A stretch of 51,987 nucleotides of DNA. Origin: Octopus bimaculoides. Its lineage: Eukaryota. A program made the position numbers and the translations under genes. Below, in pieces: positions 13,924 to 26,513 of the stretch (position 1 is its first letter; every line of letters starts with the position of its first letter). Under the pieces are notes generated by a model, which was given only the letters and a program-made list of their open reading frames with translations, was not told the DNA's origin and searched no databases. The stretch lies in contig NC_068986.1 of NCBI RefSeq assembly GCF_001194135.2, positions 85,084,392 through 85,136,378 on the forward strand. The letters are read 5' to 3'.

Positions 13924-14323
13924 AGGCGGCGAGCTGGCAAAAACGTTAGCACGCCGAGCGAAATGTTTAGCGGTATTTCGTCTGCCGTTACGTTCTGAGT
14001 TCAAATTCCGCCGAGGTCGACTTTGCCTTTCATCCTTTCGGGGTCGATAAATTAAGTACCAATTACGCACTGGGGTCAATATAATCGACTTAATCCGTTT
14101 GTCTGTCCTTGTTTGTCCACTCTCTGTGTAGCCCCTTGTGGGCAGTAAAGAAATAGGTATTTCGTCTGTCTTTACGTTCTGAGTTCGAATTCCGCCGAGG
14201 TTGACTTTACATTTCATCCTTTCGGGGTCGATAAATTAAGTGCCATTTACGTACTGGGTCGATCGAATCGACTGGCCCCTTCCCCCAAAATTTCGGACCT
14301 TGTTCCGAGAGAAGAAAAGAATT
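13924..14323 (+). mobile_element. Dimeric SINE family A with a 12-bp target-site duplication
   Basis: Full unit plus 5'-truncated second unit; TSD gagtatatttga at 13912-13923 and 14324-14335. Confidence 0.9.
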
Positions 14324-14587
14324 GAGTATATTTGATAATTACTTTTTTTCCTATTTAATGCTAGTAGGTGAAGTAATTCCTAATTCACATATGAAGTTTA
14401 AAACTGAATCAAAGTAGATAATGTTGTTCTTGGCCTCTAGATGGCTTTAAGTTCTCCATGACTTCTTACATTTTTCAACTACAACCTTGATCTTTATGCT
14501 CTCCGACGCCGTTTGCTTTTCACCAATGCATCAAACTCTTCCTGAAAAATGGAGACAGAAAATCCTTAAATTTAGCCTGAACTTTCC

Positions 14588-15180
14588 TTACATACATACA
14601 TTAGTTCGTCCGACGTTGTCGACGATGACCAGGATATCGCACGGGAGAAGAAGATGGGTCACGGTGTGTCTGGCTGGAGCCGATCAGTCCAATGCGTGCT
14701 CGGAACGATCGGCTACAGATTGGGCACTGATGGTCTACTGAAGGTAAGGTCTTGGCTCTGGACTTGCGCATTTCGAGTTTTCTTTGTACTGCTGAAATCT
14801 TGTTCAGTTCCTAGGAGGTGGGATCTCTGTTGGTGCAACTTCACCAAGCAGAGCGGTTTTATGTTTGCGTTTACCAGGTGCCGGGTTTGAACGTAAAGCT
14901 CTGTAGTGAGGCTTTGAGTGTATCCTTGAAGAACTTTACCTGACCACCTTGCATGCACTTGCCATTCACTTCTTCGCTATAATATAGTCTCTTTGGGAGT
15001 CGTGTGTGAGGTATTAGATCAAGGTGGGCTGCTCTCCTGATTTGTGCTCTTCTTAGCAGTGTGTACATGCTTCGCAGGGACCTCCGTATCTGGGACCTTG
15101 TCTTGCTAGGTAATTTTCAGCAGAGTTCATGTGGAAGTGGTCGGTTTGGCTTTTTGGCGTGTCGTTCGTAAACCATCCAA
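14588..15180 (-). mobile_element. RTE (BovB-like) LINE 3' end
   Basis: Translates VYERHAKK...; PHTRLPKRLYYSE...GGQVKFFKDTLKASL; terminal zinc finger CPICSRSFRARIGLI; short (TATG)n tail. Confidence 0.88.
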
Positions 15181-15182
15181 GT

Positions 15183-15355
15183 CTTAGTGGCTTTTCGTCC
15201 GTCTTTACGTTCTGAGTTCCAATTCCACCGAGGTCAACTTTCCATTTCATCATTTTGGGTTCAATCAAATAAGTACCAATTGAGTAATGAGGTCGATGCA
15301 ATCGACTTATCTCCTCCCTGAAATTTCTGGCTTTGTGCCAAAATATGAAACCAAC
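15183..15355 (+). mobile_element. SINE family A, 5'-truncated
   Basis: ttcgtccgtctttacgttctgagttcc...aaaatatgaaaccaa. Confidence 0.75.
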
Positions 15356-16479
15356 ATTTGCATGTGCTCTACGGTTCTGTGTTAAATAATTATTAGATTA
15401 TTATTTTGCGGTGTCTACATGTTACAGATTAGAACTTCAAAAATCCAGAGTTCAACATTCTTCTCCAGTCAATATGTAATTAAGAAGCCAACAAGATTAT
15501 TTGGATTACAGCTATGCAGCCGATAGAGTTGGATACTAAAGAAGAGAACAAACACAGCGATATTCACTTGCAATATTCACTTTGGAGATAAAACAGCGTT
15601 CAGTCTGACGTATAGGTATCAACATGAAGTATGTACTATGGAAGAGTACATTCTGCTTATCGTAATGTGAAAGTGTTTGAGTGCAAAAGTTTAAGGTTAA
15701 CTATGATGTCTGATTCCCCTGGAAGTTGTATATATTGTGGGCTGAATAGCTTTTCTTCATTTTATTGGCCTCATGACAATTTTGGAAGGGTTCACTGTTA
15801 AGATTCACTATAAATCATTTTTTTTATTTAAAAGAAACAGTCAACAGTTTTAACGTCTCAGGAATCTTTAATGCCTTAACCAAATGTAACAACCCTATAC
15901 AATCACCAAACCTCTCCCCAACTTAACACCGTCCAAGTTAACCTTCTTCACCAATACAAACTGTCCAACTTACGGGGTGGGGTGGCGTTTTCTAGTGTAT
16001 ATATATATATATATNNNNNNNNNNNNNNNNNNNNNNNNNNNNNNNNNNNNNNNNNNNNNNNNNNNNNNNNNNNNNNNNNNNNNNNNNNNNNNNNNNNNNN
16101 NNNNNNNNNNNNNNNNNNNNNNNNNNNNNNNNNNNNNNNNNNNNNNNNNNNNNNNNNNNNNNATATGTATATTTATATATACTTATATATATATGTGTGT
16201 GTGTATCTCTCCACATTTATATATATATATATATATGTGTGTTGGCATATATGGCAAGATCCATGCTCTGAATGTAATTGCAAGAGAATAACCGAAACAA
16301 CGTAATTTGAAATCGGAGCGGAGTGAACAACAGTATCGTAGAATACCAAAAGTGCAAGTTATAAAGGGCCAGACAGGTCACAATGTTCAGAGACAGTAGA
16401 TGAATCCCTGCAGTTGCGGAGTGGTATCCAATAGAGCGCAAAATGTCACTTAGAAGGCGTGTGCTAATAATACAAACCC

Positions 16480-16705
16480 ATCTCGTCACATATATAAGGA
16501 ATGGTCTCTTGGAGCTACTCCAATGAACTCCCACACGGTATCAAAAAAGAATTCGTAATAGAAGGGCTAAAATTCGCCTTGGAGAATAATTTCTTCGTTT
16601 TTATGGGTAACTTCTATCGACAAAAATCGGGGGCTGCAGTGGTTACGAGAATGGCCCCCGCCTTTGCTAACGTTGTCGTGGGATATCTAGGAATCAGTTT
16701 TATGG
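16480..16705 (+). mobile_element. Penelope-like reverse transcriptase fragment
   Basis: IEGLKFALENNFFVFMGNFYRQKSGAAVVTRMAPAFANVVVGYL matches the PLE RT ILENNYF...YxQxxGTAMGTxxAPxYAN motif. Confidence 0.85.
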
Positions 16706-17532
16706 TAAGACACAAGAAAAATACCGAAACCGAAAACTATAGAAATATTCAAATAAAACATTTCATTTAATTTTTCCACAATCTAATTGTTTTTCATGCT
16801 TTACACTAAGTTGAAAAAGTTGGAAAGACTGAAACCGCTACTAAAATGTTCTTTATGATGGAATTATTTTATCATTCTCTACCTTGTCCTATTTGCCTTA
16901 TACATATCAACACGTGTGTTACTATTCAACCTTCTACATACATACATATATACATATATACATACATACGTACATACATATATACATACATACATTTATA
17001 TGTGTGTGTGTGTGTTTATGTATAATTTATTATTATTGCTTTTAATCAACAGAAAAATACCAAAGTTACTCAAGGGCTATACATTATAGCATAAATCCAC
17101 CATTTTCAGGTTAAAAATTAATCATGTATAAACAGGTAAGCTAAAACTTTCAAGGTGACCTATTTAACAACTAACATGATGAATGAACGGTATTTTAAAC
17201 AAAACAATCAAATTCATAGAGAAACTGGAGATGTAATCGGATATTCGAGGAGAAAAGATACCAAAACAATCATGATTTTCAAATTATCATCTGAATTATT
17301 TTCTAACCCTGACCTGCTGTCAACAAGAACAGAGAGCAATCACACGGTCACAACAGATCTAGAAATATCAATGCTATGAAGTTACTGAATGACATCGTGA
17401 ATGAAATCTATGCCTTTATACATGCAAATTCATACATGCAAATTCATTCACACACAAACACACGCACGTACTCACACACACACACACGCACGCACACGCG
17501 CGCGCACACACACACACACACANNNNNNNNNN

Positions 17533-17573
<41 letters not shown>

Positions 17574-17773
17574 CCAAACATACACATAAATGCATATAAG
17601 TGAGTGAATAAAGTTATAAAGTGTATGAATAAAATGCATGAATAAAATGCTATCGAAATAACTGTAGTAAATTTTAAATCCTAATTGTGTTCTACTTTTA
17701 TACCTAAGCCGCATCTAGAGTTAACCCTGAGTCGTATCAACACTTTATATTGTTTTAGGCACCTATTTATATA

Positions 17774-18729
17774 TTAGGTCATCCCATAAATAAGGCAGTT
17801 TTTTCAATTGCATGAACTAATAGACGGCGAGGCGGGTTATACTACCTGCATCATCTTGCAATAAAAACAGGTAGTAATTTTACCTTGTACTTTTTCTTAG
17901 TGCAAGTTTTGAAAATTGCAGTTCAATTTAAACAGCTATTTTTTTAAAGACTAACTGTTTGGACTTGGTCATTGAACCATTCATCGACACCTGCGTGCCA
18001 TGGGAAAAGTCCGCAAATTGAGTCAATGGGTTCCTCACAAACTTTTCGAGTCTGCACTCTTCTTTGCAGTCACGTCTTTCGAATGACACTATTTGGACCA
18101 AATAGAGACTGACGACGAGAAAAAGGTTCTCTATAAATATGTAAAGCCCCATAGACAATGAGTAGGGAAGGAGAAACACCGGAACTCCAGGCTAAAGAAG
18201 GTCTTCATCCATGTAAAGTGTTATTATCTGTTTGGTGGGATATGAAACATTTAGTCCACTTTGAACTTTTAAAACCAAACCAACCGATTACAAATTAGAC
18301 CTAGAGCAAGCAGCTTGAGCGGCTTAAGTCAGTGCTAGAAGAAAAACGACCATCTTTGGTTTCAAGATGAAAGATGTTCTTCCATCAGGATAATGCTTGG
18401 CCACATACAGTGAGGATGACATTCGAAAGGCTGGAGCAGTTTGAATGGGGAAAGATGCCCTGCCCACTATATTCGTCGGACATTGCCCCATCTGATTATA
18501 ATTTATTCCGCAGTCATCAAAATCATTTGGACCGAAAGAATATGAATTCAGAATAGTACTGGAGGAGTATTTTTCGTCAGGACAAGTGAATTTTGGAAGA
18601 GGGGTCTTGCAAGTCTCCTAGATAGATGAAAGATCATTGTAGAAAATAAAGGAGAGTATACCTTGTTTATCTTAATTTTGAAAAATAAAAGAAGTAAAAA
18701 AAAACCCCATTATTTATGGAATGACCCAA
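17774..18729 (+). mobile_element. Mariner (DD34D-type) element, internally deleted and inactive, with TIRs and TA TSD
   Basis: TA|ttaggtcatcccataaataa at the left and ttatttatggaatgacccaa|TA at the right. Remnant motifs GLHPCKVLLSVWWDMK, HQDNAWPH and YSSDIAPSDYNLF are broken by stops and frameshifts. Confidence 0.92.
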
Positions 18730-18865
18730 TACATAACTGTAATACAATATCAGCAAACGATACCTAATGGCTAATTTTACCTTACTCTGATCTCAATGTA
18801 ATGGTATCTAGCCAATCCTGTCGTCTTAAGTTTTGATGCACCTAGATTCCAATGAATCCTGTGGC

Positions 18866-18925
<60 letters not shown>

Positions 18926-19226
18926 GTTGTAAAGTGGGTTCCTCCCATTGCTTTGATGTGTGACTGCCATTGTAGTGTAGTTGCTGTTTTTCGCTAGTAA
19001 CCACAATAGTTACTAGTCATCGGATACCGTTGTATCTCTTCGTACCGGAATTGTAATACATTAACTTTTGTCTCACTATCGGTGATTTCTCCATAAGACA
19101 CTGGAGAGAACTGTCGTCTCTCTACTCTTCGATTCTCGACTCTCTCTTGACGACCGGCTACTTGTATATTTATAACGGTTGAATCCTACTACATTTTACC
19201 GGAAGGGGTATACAGTTTTGCAATAT

Positions 19227-19292
<66 letters not shown>

Positions 19293-19306
19293 CTCTCTTT
19301 ATGCAT

Positions 19307-20108
19307 ATATGATACATCAAGTACAGGACATCACCAATGAGGGAAAATTACGTAGACACACGAGCGTTAAGTACAGGACAAGTTACCAAAGGTATACAGC
19401 AAGAACAGGACATCACCAACGAGTGAAAAATAAGTAAATACATGACAGACAAGTCCGGGACAAATTTCCAAATGAAGTGTAACCTCTCCTCAGTTGTCAA
19501 TTGTTAATTACTATCTATTTCGAGCTTTCAACGACAATATAGGAAGACTTCAAAAACAGCAGCCTCCAGAAACTAAAAATATAAAATTTCTGGAGAGATA
19601 GAGCTTCGAACGAACAAACAACGACAGAGTGGCTGTAAAGAGTAAACAATCGACGAAAACAAGCATTAAGGGCCGTTAGGCCGAGATACACTGCAATGGT
19701 TAACGCCTGAGAGAAATGTTAAAAGGATATAGAATAAATCCAAGAGAAGAAAATAGAAGAGAAAAAGGGGGAAAATTGTTGGGAGGCGATAGAAAAGACA
19801 GAGGTGAGGAAAAAAAATGACCTGTAGTCACGTGAGAACAAACAGGCAGAGGAGAAGGGGGTAAGTGAGAGGATGCGGGAAAGAAACAAGGTAGTGAGGA
19901 GGAGGGAAAAGAAACGAAAGATAGTGAGGGGTGGAAGAAACATGTGTAGCTTTTTTCCACCCTTCACTATCGTAGTAGCCCGTGTCTCAAGTGAGTTTAA
20001 GAACGCAGATTGTCAAGTGATGTAGCAGCTCATATAATAGGGGACAGCAAAGAATGAGAGTGAGAGACTGGAAGTAAAGAGAAATGTAGAGGGGTAGAGA
20101 GAAAGAGT

Positions 20109-20150
<42 letters not shown>

Positions 20151-20155
20151 GAGAC

Positions 20156-20216
<61 letters not shown>

Positions 20217-20749
20217 AAGAAAGAAAGAAGGAAGGAAAGAAAGGGATCAGAGACAGTCGCAGAAATTATAATAAATGTAACAACTTACTCTGGACAAGGC
20301 TGCTTGGCGTTCGATTATAAATGAATAAATATGATACATCAAGTACAGGACATCATCAATAAGTGAAAATTACGTAGACGCACGAGCGATAAGTACAGGA
20401 TAAATTACCAAGCGTATACAGCAAGAACAGGACATTACCAACGAGTGAAAAATACGTATTCATATGAGAAACAAGTACGGTAAAAATTACCAAAGTCTAA
20501 CCCCTCCTCAGTTGTCGACTGTTAATTACTATCTATTTCGAACTTTCAACGACAATATAAGTAAAGTTCATAAACAGTAGCTTCCAGAAATCTTTAAAAT
20601 ATAAAATTTCTGGAGAGTTAGAGAGCCTCGAAGGAACAAACAACGACAGAGTGGATGTTCAGAATAAACAATCAACGAAGACAAGCATTAAGGGCCATTG
20701 TAATGGGTAACGCCTGGGAGAAATTTTGAAAGGATATAGAATAAACCCA

Positions 20750-20752
<3 letters not shown>
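19307..20752. repeat. Direct duplication of about 430 bp (19307-19745 and 20329-20752) separated by a purine-rich spacer and (GA)n
   Basis: Both copies start atatgatacatcaagtacaggacatc and end ggatatagaataaa(t/c)ccaaga, with internal aagtacaggaca sub-repeats. Confidence 0.9.
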
Positions 20753-20788
<36 letters not shown>

Positions 20789-20955
20789 NNNNNNNNNNNN
20801 NNNNNNNNNNNNNNNNNNNNNNNNNNNNNNNNNNNNNNNNNNNNNNNNNNNNNNNNNNNNNNNNNNNNNNNNNNNNNNNNNNNNNNNNNNNNNNNNNNNN
20901 NNNNNNNNNNNNNNNNNNNNNNNNNNNNNNNNNNNNNNNNNNNNNNNNNNNNNNN

Positions 20956-21367
20956 CAGTCATTTGACTGTGGCCATGCTGGAGCAGCGCCTTTAGTCGAA
21001 GAAATCGACCCCAGGACTTATTCTCTGTAAGCCTAGTACTTATTCTATCGGTCTCTTTTGCCGAACAGCTAAGTTACGGGGACGTAAACACACCAGCATC
21101 GGTTGTCAAGCGATGTTGGGGGGACAAACACAGATACAGAAGCATACACACACACGCACGCACGCACACACACACACACGCACACATGTATACATATATA
21201 TTTACGACGGGCTTCTTTCAGTTTCCGTCTACCAAATCCACTGACAAGGTTTTAGTCGGCCCGAGGCTGTAATAGAAGACACTGGCCCAAGGTACCACGC
21301 AGTGGGACTGAACCCAGAATCATGTGGTTGGTAAGCAAGCTACTTACCACACAGCCACTCCTGCGCC
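20956..21367 (-). mobile_element. SINE family B
   Basis: Reverse complement of 10931-11343, with internal CA/TA microsatellite. Confidence 0.9.
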
Positions 21368-21504
21368 TATATATATATGTACATGCACACATACATACAA
21401 CATACATACATGCATACATACATTCATTCATTCGTTCATTCATTCATACATACATACATACATATATACATAATACATACATAATACATACATACATACA
21501 TAGT

Positions 21505-21700
21505 TAGTAAATACTTAAAGAAGAATTTGGATAAACTTGGATTTTCAGAAAGAGAAATTAACTGGCTGATTCTCACATTACAAATCCAATCTGTGAGTGG
21601 AACAGTTAAATTATGCAAGATTTTTCTCAAGTTCCAAATGTGAATTTGTCTGTGTTAACTACATCCCCAAAATGGAGCATTGTATCTTTGTTGGAGACCG
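21505..21700 (+). mobile_element. 3' end of a restriction-like-endonuclease non-LTR retrotransposon (fragment)
   Basis: Reads YLKKNLDKLGFSEREINWLILTLQIQSVSGTVKLCKIFLKFQM*, resembling RLE-clade C-termini as I recall them. Confidence 0.5.
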
Positions 21701-21906
21701 GCTCCCTCCTCAGTGAAAGATTTATGATAATTAAAAAATAGAAGAGACTTACAAACGTATATATACAGGCGTGAATAAGCATTTGGGCAAGTATCCTCTC
21801 CTATAGACACTTGTTTATATAAATATATGTGTGTGTGTGTGTGTATGATTGTGTGTTTTTACACATACAACTAGTAAACATATATATTACACATATATAT
21901 ATGAGT

Positions 21907-21987
<81 letters not shown>

Positions 21988-22195
21988 CATACACACATAC
22001 ACACATATATCTATATATCTGTACATATATATATATATATACACAAACATTTATGTGTGTACATATTGGGTGTATGTATACATATATCTATGTGAGTATA
22101 TATGCGTGTGCGTGCGTGTGTGCGTATATGTGTATGCTAAAAAGGGGAGCCAGAGAAATATATGTATGCATACAGTATATATATATATATATATA

Positions 22196-22432
22196 TGGTG
22201 GTTGTCTACTCCTTAAACAGAGTTTGACCACCTCCTGCACCTACACCTTAGCCCTTTCATGGCATCTGATGTGGCTTTTTAAACCAGACAGTGTTTTGAA
22301 AAAACACCCACACAGATTTCACCTATGATTTGCACTACCAATACCTGCAAGTAAGTTCTGCTCATTGTGGATCCTAACATGTCTTTTAAGACCCCCATTG
22401 GATTTGCAAACCCTCTGACACACACCACATTC
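22196..22432 (-). mobile_element. RTE-type LINE 3' end with terminal C2H2 finger
   Basis: Minus strand reads ECGVCQRVCKSNGGLKRHVRIH, followed by 3' UTR and a TA tail. Confidence 0.7.
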
Positions 22433-22671
22433 NNNNNNNNNNNNNNNNNNNNNNNNNNNNNNNNNNNNNNNNNNNNNNNNNNNNNNNNNNNNNNNNNNNN
22501 NNNNNNNNNNNNNNNNNNNNNNNNNNNNNNNNNNNNNNNNNNNNNNNNNNNNNNNNNNNNNNNNNNNNNNNNNNNNNNNNNNNNNNNNNNNNNNNNNNNN
22601 NNNNNNNNNNNNNNNNNNNNNNNNNNNNNNNNNNNNNNNNNNNNNNNNNNNNNNNNNNNNNNNNNNNNNNN

Positions 22672-22727
<56 letters not shown>

Positions 22728-23189
22728 GTTCAGTAGTTTTATTTTTATAACGTGCTTTCACTTCACTACCGAGCGCAGCTCTGTGCGCCTTGGGTATGTG
22801 CTGTGGTTTGCTGTGGTGCTCTTATGGTTACTGTACTGAAAGTGTTTTGCGTAGGATGTGTGCAGTGCCCAGTAGTGCCATTTTCTGTATGTTATATATA
22901 TTTGTAAGTTCTGGTGTTTTTGTTATATTATCATCATCATCATCAACATCGTTAAGTATTAAGGTGGTGAGGTAGCAGAATCGTTAGCACAGCTGGCTAA
23001 ATGCTCTTAGCGGCATTTCGTCCCTCATTATGTTCTGAGCTCAAATTCTACCACGGTCGAGTTTACCTTTTATCCTTTCGAGATCGTTGAAGTAAGTACC
23101 AGTTGCGCACTGAGGTCAATGTAATCGACTTACGTCTCCTCCCCAAAAACATGCCTTGTACCTAAATTAGAAAGGATTATTAGTATGAC

Positions 23190-23238
<49 letters not shown>

Positions 23239-24241
23239 GTTCAGTAGTTTTATTTTTATAACGTGCTTTCACTTCACTACCGAGCGCAGCTCTGTGTGCC
23301 TTGGGTATGTGCTGTGGTTTGCTGTGATGCTCTTATGGTTACTGTACTGAAAGTGTTTTGCGTAGGATGTGTGCAGTGCCCAGTAATGCAATTTTCTGTA
23401 TGTTATATATATTTGTAAGCCCTGGTGTTTTTGTTATGTATTTGTCTGAATATTTTTTTATTATACCTAAGGCACCTACTATGATAGGAATTGTTTNNNN
23501 NNNNNNNNNNNNNNNNNNNNNNNNNNNNNNNNNNNNNNNNNNNNNNNNNNNNNNNNNNNNNNNNNNNNNNNNNNNNNNNNNNNNNNNNNNNNNNNNNNNN
23601 NNNNNNNNNNNNNNNNNNNNNNNNNNNNNNNNNNNNNNNNNNNNNNNNNNNNNNNNNNNNNNNNNNNNNNNNNNNNNNNNNNNNNNNNNNNNNNNNNNNN
23701 NNNNNNNNNNNNNNNNNNNNNNNNNNNNNNNNNNNNNNNNNNNNNNNNNNNNNNNNNNNNNNNNNNNNNNNNNNNNNNNNNNNNNNNNNNNNNNNNNNNN
23801 NNNNNNNNNNNNNNNNNNNNNNNNNNNNNNNNNNNNNNNNNNNNNNNNNNNNNNNNNNNNNNNNNNNNNNNNNNNNNNNNNNNNNNNNNNNNNNNNNNNN
23901 NNNNNNNNNNNNNNNNNNNNNNNNNNNNNNNNNNNNNNNNNNNNNNNNNNNNNNNNNNNNNNNNNNNNNNNNNNNNNNNNNNNNNNNNNNNNNNCTGTAC
24001 TGAAAGTGTCTTGCGTAGGATGTGTGCAGTGCCCAGTAGTGCAATTTTCTGTATGTTATATATATTTGTAAGCCCTGGTGTTTTTGTTATGTATTTGTCG
24101 GAATATTTTTTTATTATACCTAAGGCACCTATTATGATAGGAATTGTTTCTGTTTTTAGATTCCACATTCGAGTTACCTCTATTTCCAGGTCTTTGTATT
24201 TTGAAAGTCTTTCCATTTCTTTTAGGGAAACGTTGTTGTTG

Positions 24242-24307
<66 letters not shown>
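22672..24307 (-). mobile_element. Cluster of R4/Dong-like LINE 3' fragments (22728-22925, 23239-23496, 23995-24231) abutting (TAA)n arrays
   Basis: Encodes KYKDLEIEVTRMW...IQKIALLGTAHILRKTLSVQ*. (TTA)n at 22672-22727, 23190-23238 and about 24245-24307. Confidence 0.85.
22966..23178 (+). mobile_element. SINE family A
   Basis: ggtgaggtagcagaatcgttagcac...gcggcatttcgtc...ccttgtacctaaattagaaagg. Confidence 0.8.
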
Positions 24308-24308
<1 letters not shown>

Positions 24309-25330
24309 AGACGTTCGCTTAGCAAGCCTCGTTTGTCCTCGCTCCGTGGATTTTATATGGGGGGAAAAAACAAACACACAATACTGTATCTGCACCCTTC
24401 AAATTTGTACCATCACAGGCAACAGGTTAATTGCTGTCGAGTACTGAGTTTATTTTCCTATTCTGTCCCCAAAATTTTGGGGACAAGTCGACTGATTCTG
24501 TTTTTTTCAATCATAATTGTTTCCGTTTTCCCCATCAACGTAGAGAACAAAACAAACCGATGCAACAAAAAGGCTCTAGACTTTCTTTCGCTGGAGTAGC
24601 CAGGTCATCCTTTCAGAGAATACCATACACTGAAGAGGAAATTAAAGATGTCAGACAGCTAGTGGAGAGAGACAGAATAGCTGTAAAGATAAATTCCCCC
24701 ACCCTGCGCGACAATCTAGGATATGATACTCCGCACAATGACGAATCTTACAATCTGTTTAAAATCAAGGAGGGTGGTAAGATCTACAGAGGCTCAAATA
24801 CAAAGATCTTTAGGTTCCATCTGGAATCTAAAGGAATATATACCAAGAGGAGGGGGCTATGGAATGGTAGACGTTAGATTCCGCACCGAAGAAGAGGCCA
24901 AATTCCACTCTCTGAATACCCTCAAAAGCGAGTTGTTCTTTTTACTGATGCCTGAGACTGGATAAAATCATCATTCAACAACTGCTACCACAAATAGCCA
25001 TTCCTTGGCTAATTGCTGCAGTGACTATAGACATCGAGAAAAACTCGAATATCTTCGAAGCCTATCAGACTAAAAAGGTAAACTGGCCATAGAATATTGA
25101 GAAATGGAAGTTGAAAACTAAAAAAAGGCGACAGTGAAACAAAAAAAAACAAACAAACATATGGACAAACAATAATCCTCATTCACACATGAATTAGAAA
25201 GAAAAAAATCAAAACAACACAATCAAATACTCCTAAAACAAGCACTTCATCAACATCACCACCTCTAACACCAGAAACACAAGCCATCCCACACACGCAA
25301 CCACCACCAACTTTAAAATGAACTCAATCT
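24308..25330 (+). mobile_element. Probable L1/Tx1-like LINE 5' UTR and ORF1 remnant
   Basis: Frameshifted ORF1-like text (QIQRSLGSIWNLKEYIPRGGGYGMVDVRFRTEEEAKFHS...) and a Thr/Pro-rich tail like 3970-4440; starts right after a (TTA)n array. Confidence 0.5.
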
Positions 25331-25671
25331 AGAGTTACTTACCTTCCAGTTCAGAAAGGTTCTGAAGAGTTTCTTCCCCTGAACCTTCAACTACAGCATA
25401 CGGTTTTTATATGGAAAATTTATTTTAGAACTTAAATATCGCTGTCGTCATCTTGATCATAACCACACATTTTGTTTTATTGTACACATCATGATAACCA
25501 TGCATATTTGTGTTATATTACACACATTTAAGGCTTTTATTTTGGCTTTTGCGGGTGCAACTGCCTTCGTTGTAATTCAATGCTCGAAATGAGGAGATGG
25601 TCAGCCGACAACCGATAAAAGTTCGTATTTCATGTTGTTTACGGTTTGTTACTTCTTGTACCCATATATGC

Positions 25672-25728
<57 letters not shown>

Positions 25729-25862
25729 AATGTGTGTGTGTATACATATATATGCACATATATATATATTATTTATATTAGTATATATAAGTATACACGT
25801 ATACACACACACACACGCACACACACACACATACACACACACACATACACACACAAGTGTAC

Positions 25863-26009
25863 TACATGAGCACCTGCATCGCTGAAATAGAAGTCAAAAC
25901 ACTTCTAAGCCACAGAAGAACGACAAAATTAATACATGCGTGATAGGAAAAAAATTTGTGGCTTAGAAGTGTTTTGATTTCTATTTTTAGTGACGCAGGT
26001 GCTCATGTA
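25863..26009. mobile_element. MITE-like fold-back element with about 52-bp TIRs
   Basis: tacatgagcacctgc...cttctaagccaca (25863-25914) is inverted relative to 25957-26009; TA at both ends; non-coding spacer of about 42 nt. Confidence 0.8.
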
Positions 26010-26428
26010 TATATCTTATGTATATTTTATTAGTTTGCCTCTACGGCTTGTGTTTGCAGCCGCCAGCGATGGTATTTTTTAGAAGTACTATGGATCTCAT
26101 ATTCATTTATAAATATCTCGTTTGTTTAAATAGTGTTTGACCATTTCAAATGAATTTAGAGTCATGGTGGGTACAAATTCTAGTAGCCCTCCCTGGAAGT
26201 TTTGGCTGAGGAGAATCAGGCACCGTTTAGCGCTAAATTCGAAATAATGATATCAAATTAACCAGCATTCCTCTTGCAGACTTGCCGGAGTTAAGAACCT
26301 AATCTTGTTCAATAAAATTTCTTCCTATCATGCCTGTATTAATTTAGTGATTCTTCCGTGACTTAGAAATGTTTTCACTTATATTTTTAGCGATGCAAGT
26401 GGTCATGTAGTACTGTTGTATACATACA

Positions 26429-26513
<85 letters not shown>

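Noticed and set aside
13924-14010. tRNA-like A/B-box heads here and in other SINE copies
   Set aside because: They continue into SINE bodies and do not fold into a complete cloverleaf, so they are not tRNA genes.
19310-19470. Short spaced repeats (aagtacaggaca) superficially like a CRISPR array
   Set aside because: Eukaryotic context, irregular spacing, 12-nt degenerate units and no cas genes.
23340-24150. Apparent tandem Dong copies on either side of the 23497-23994 gap
   Set aside because: The overlapping 155 bp differ at only a few positions and end at gap edges. They may be two haplotypes of one copy, so they are not counted as a real tandem array.
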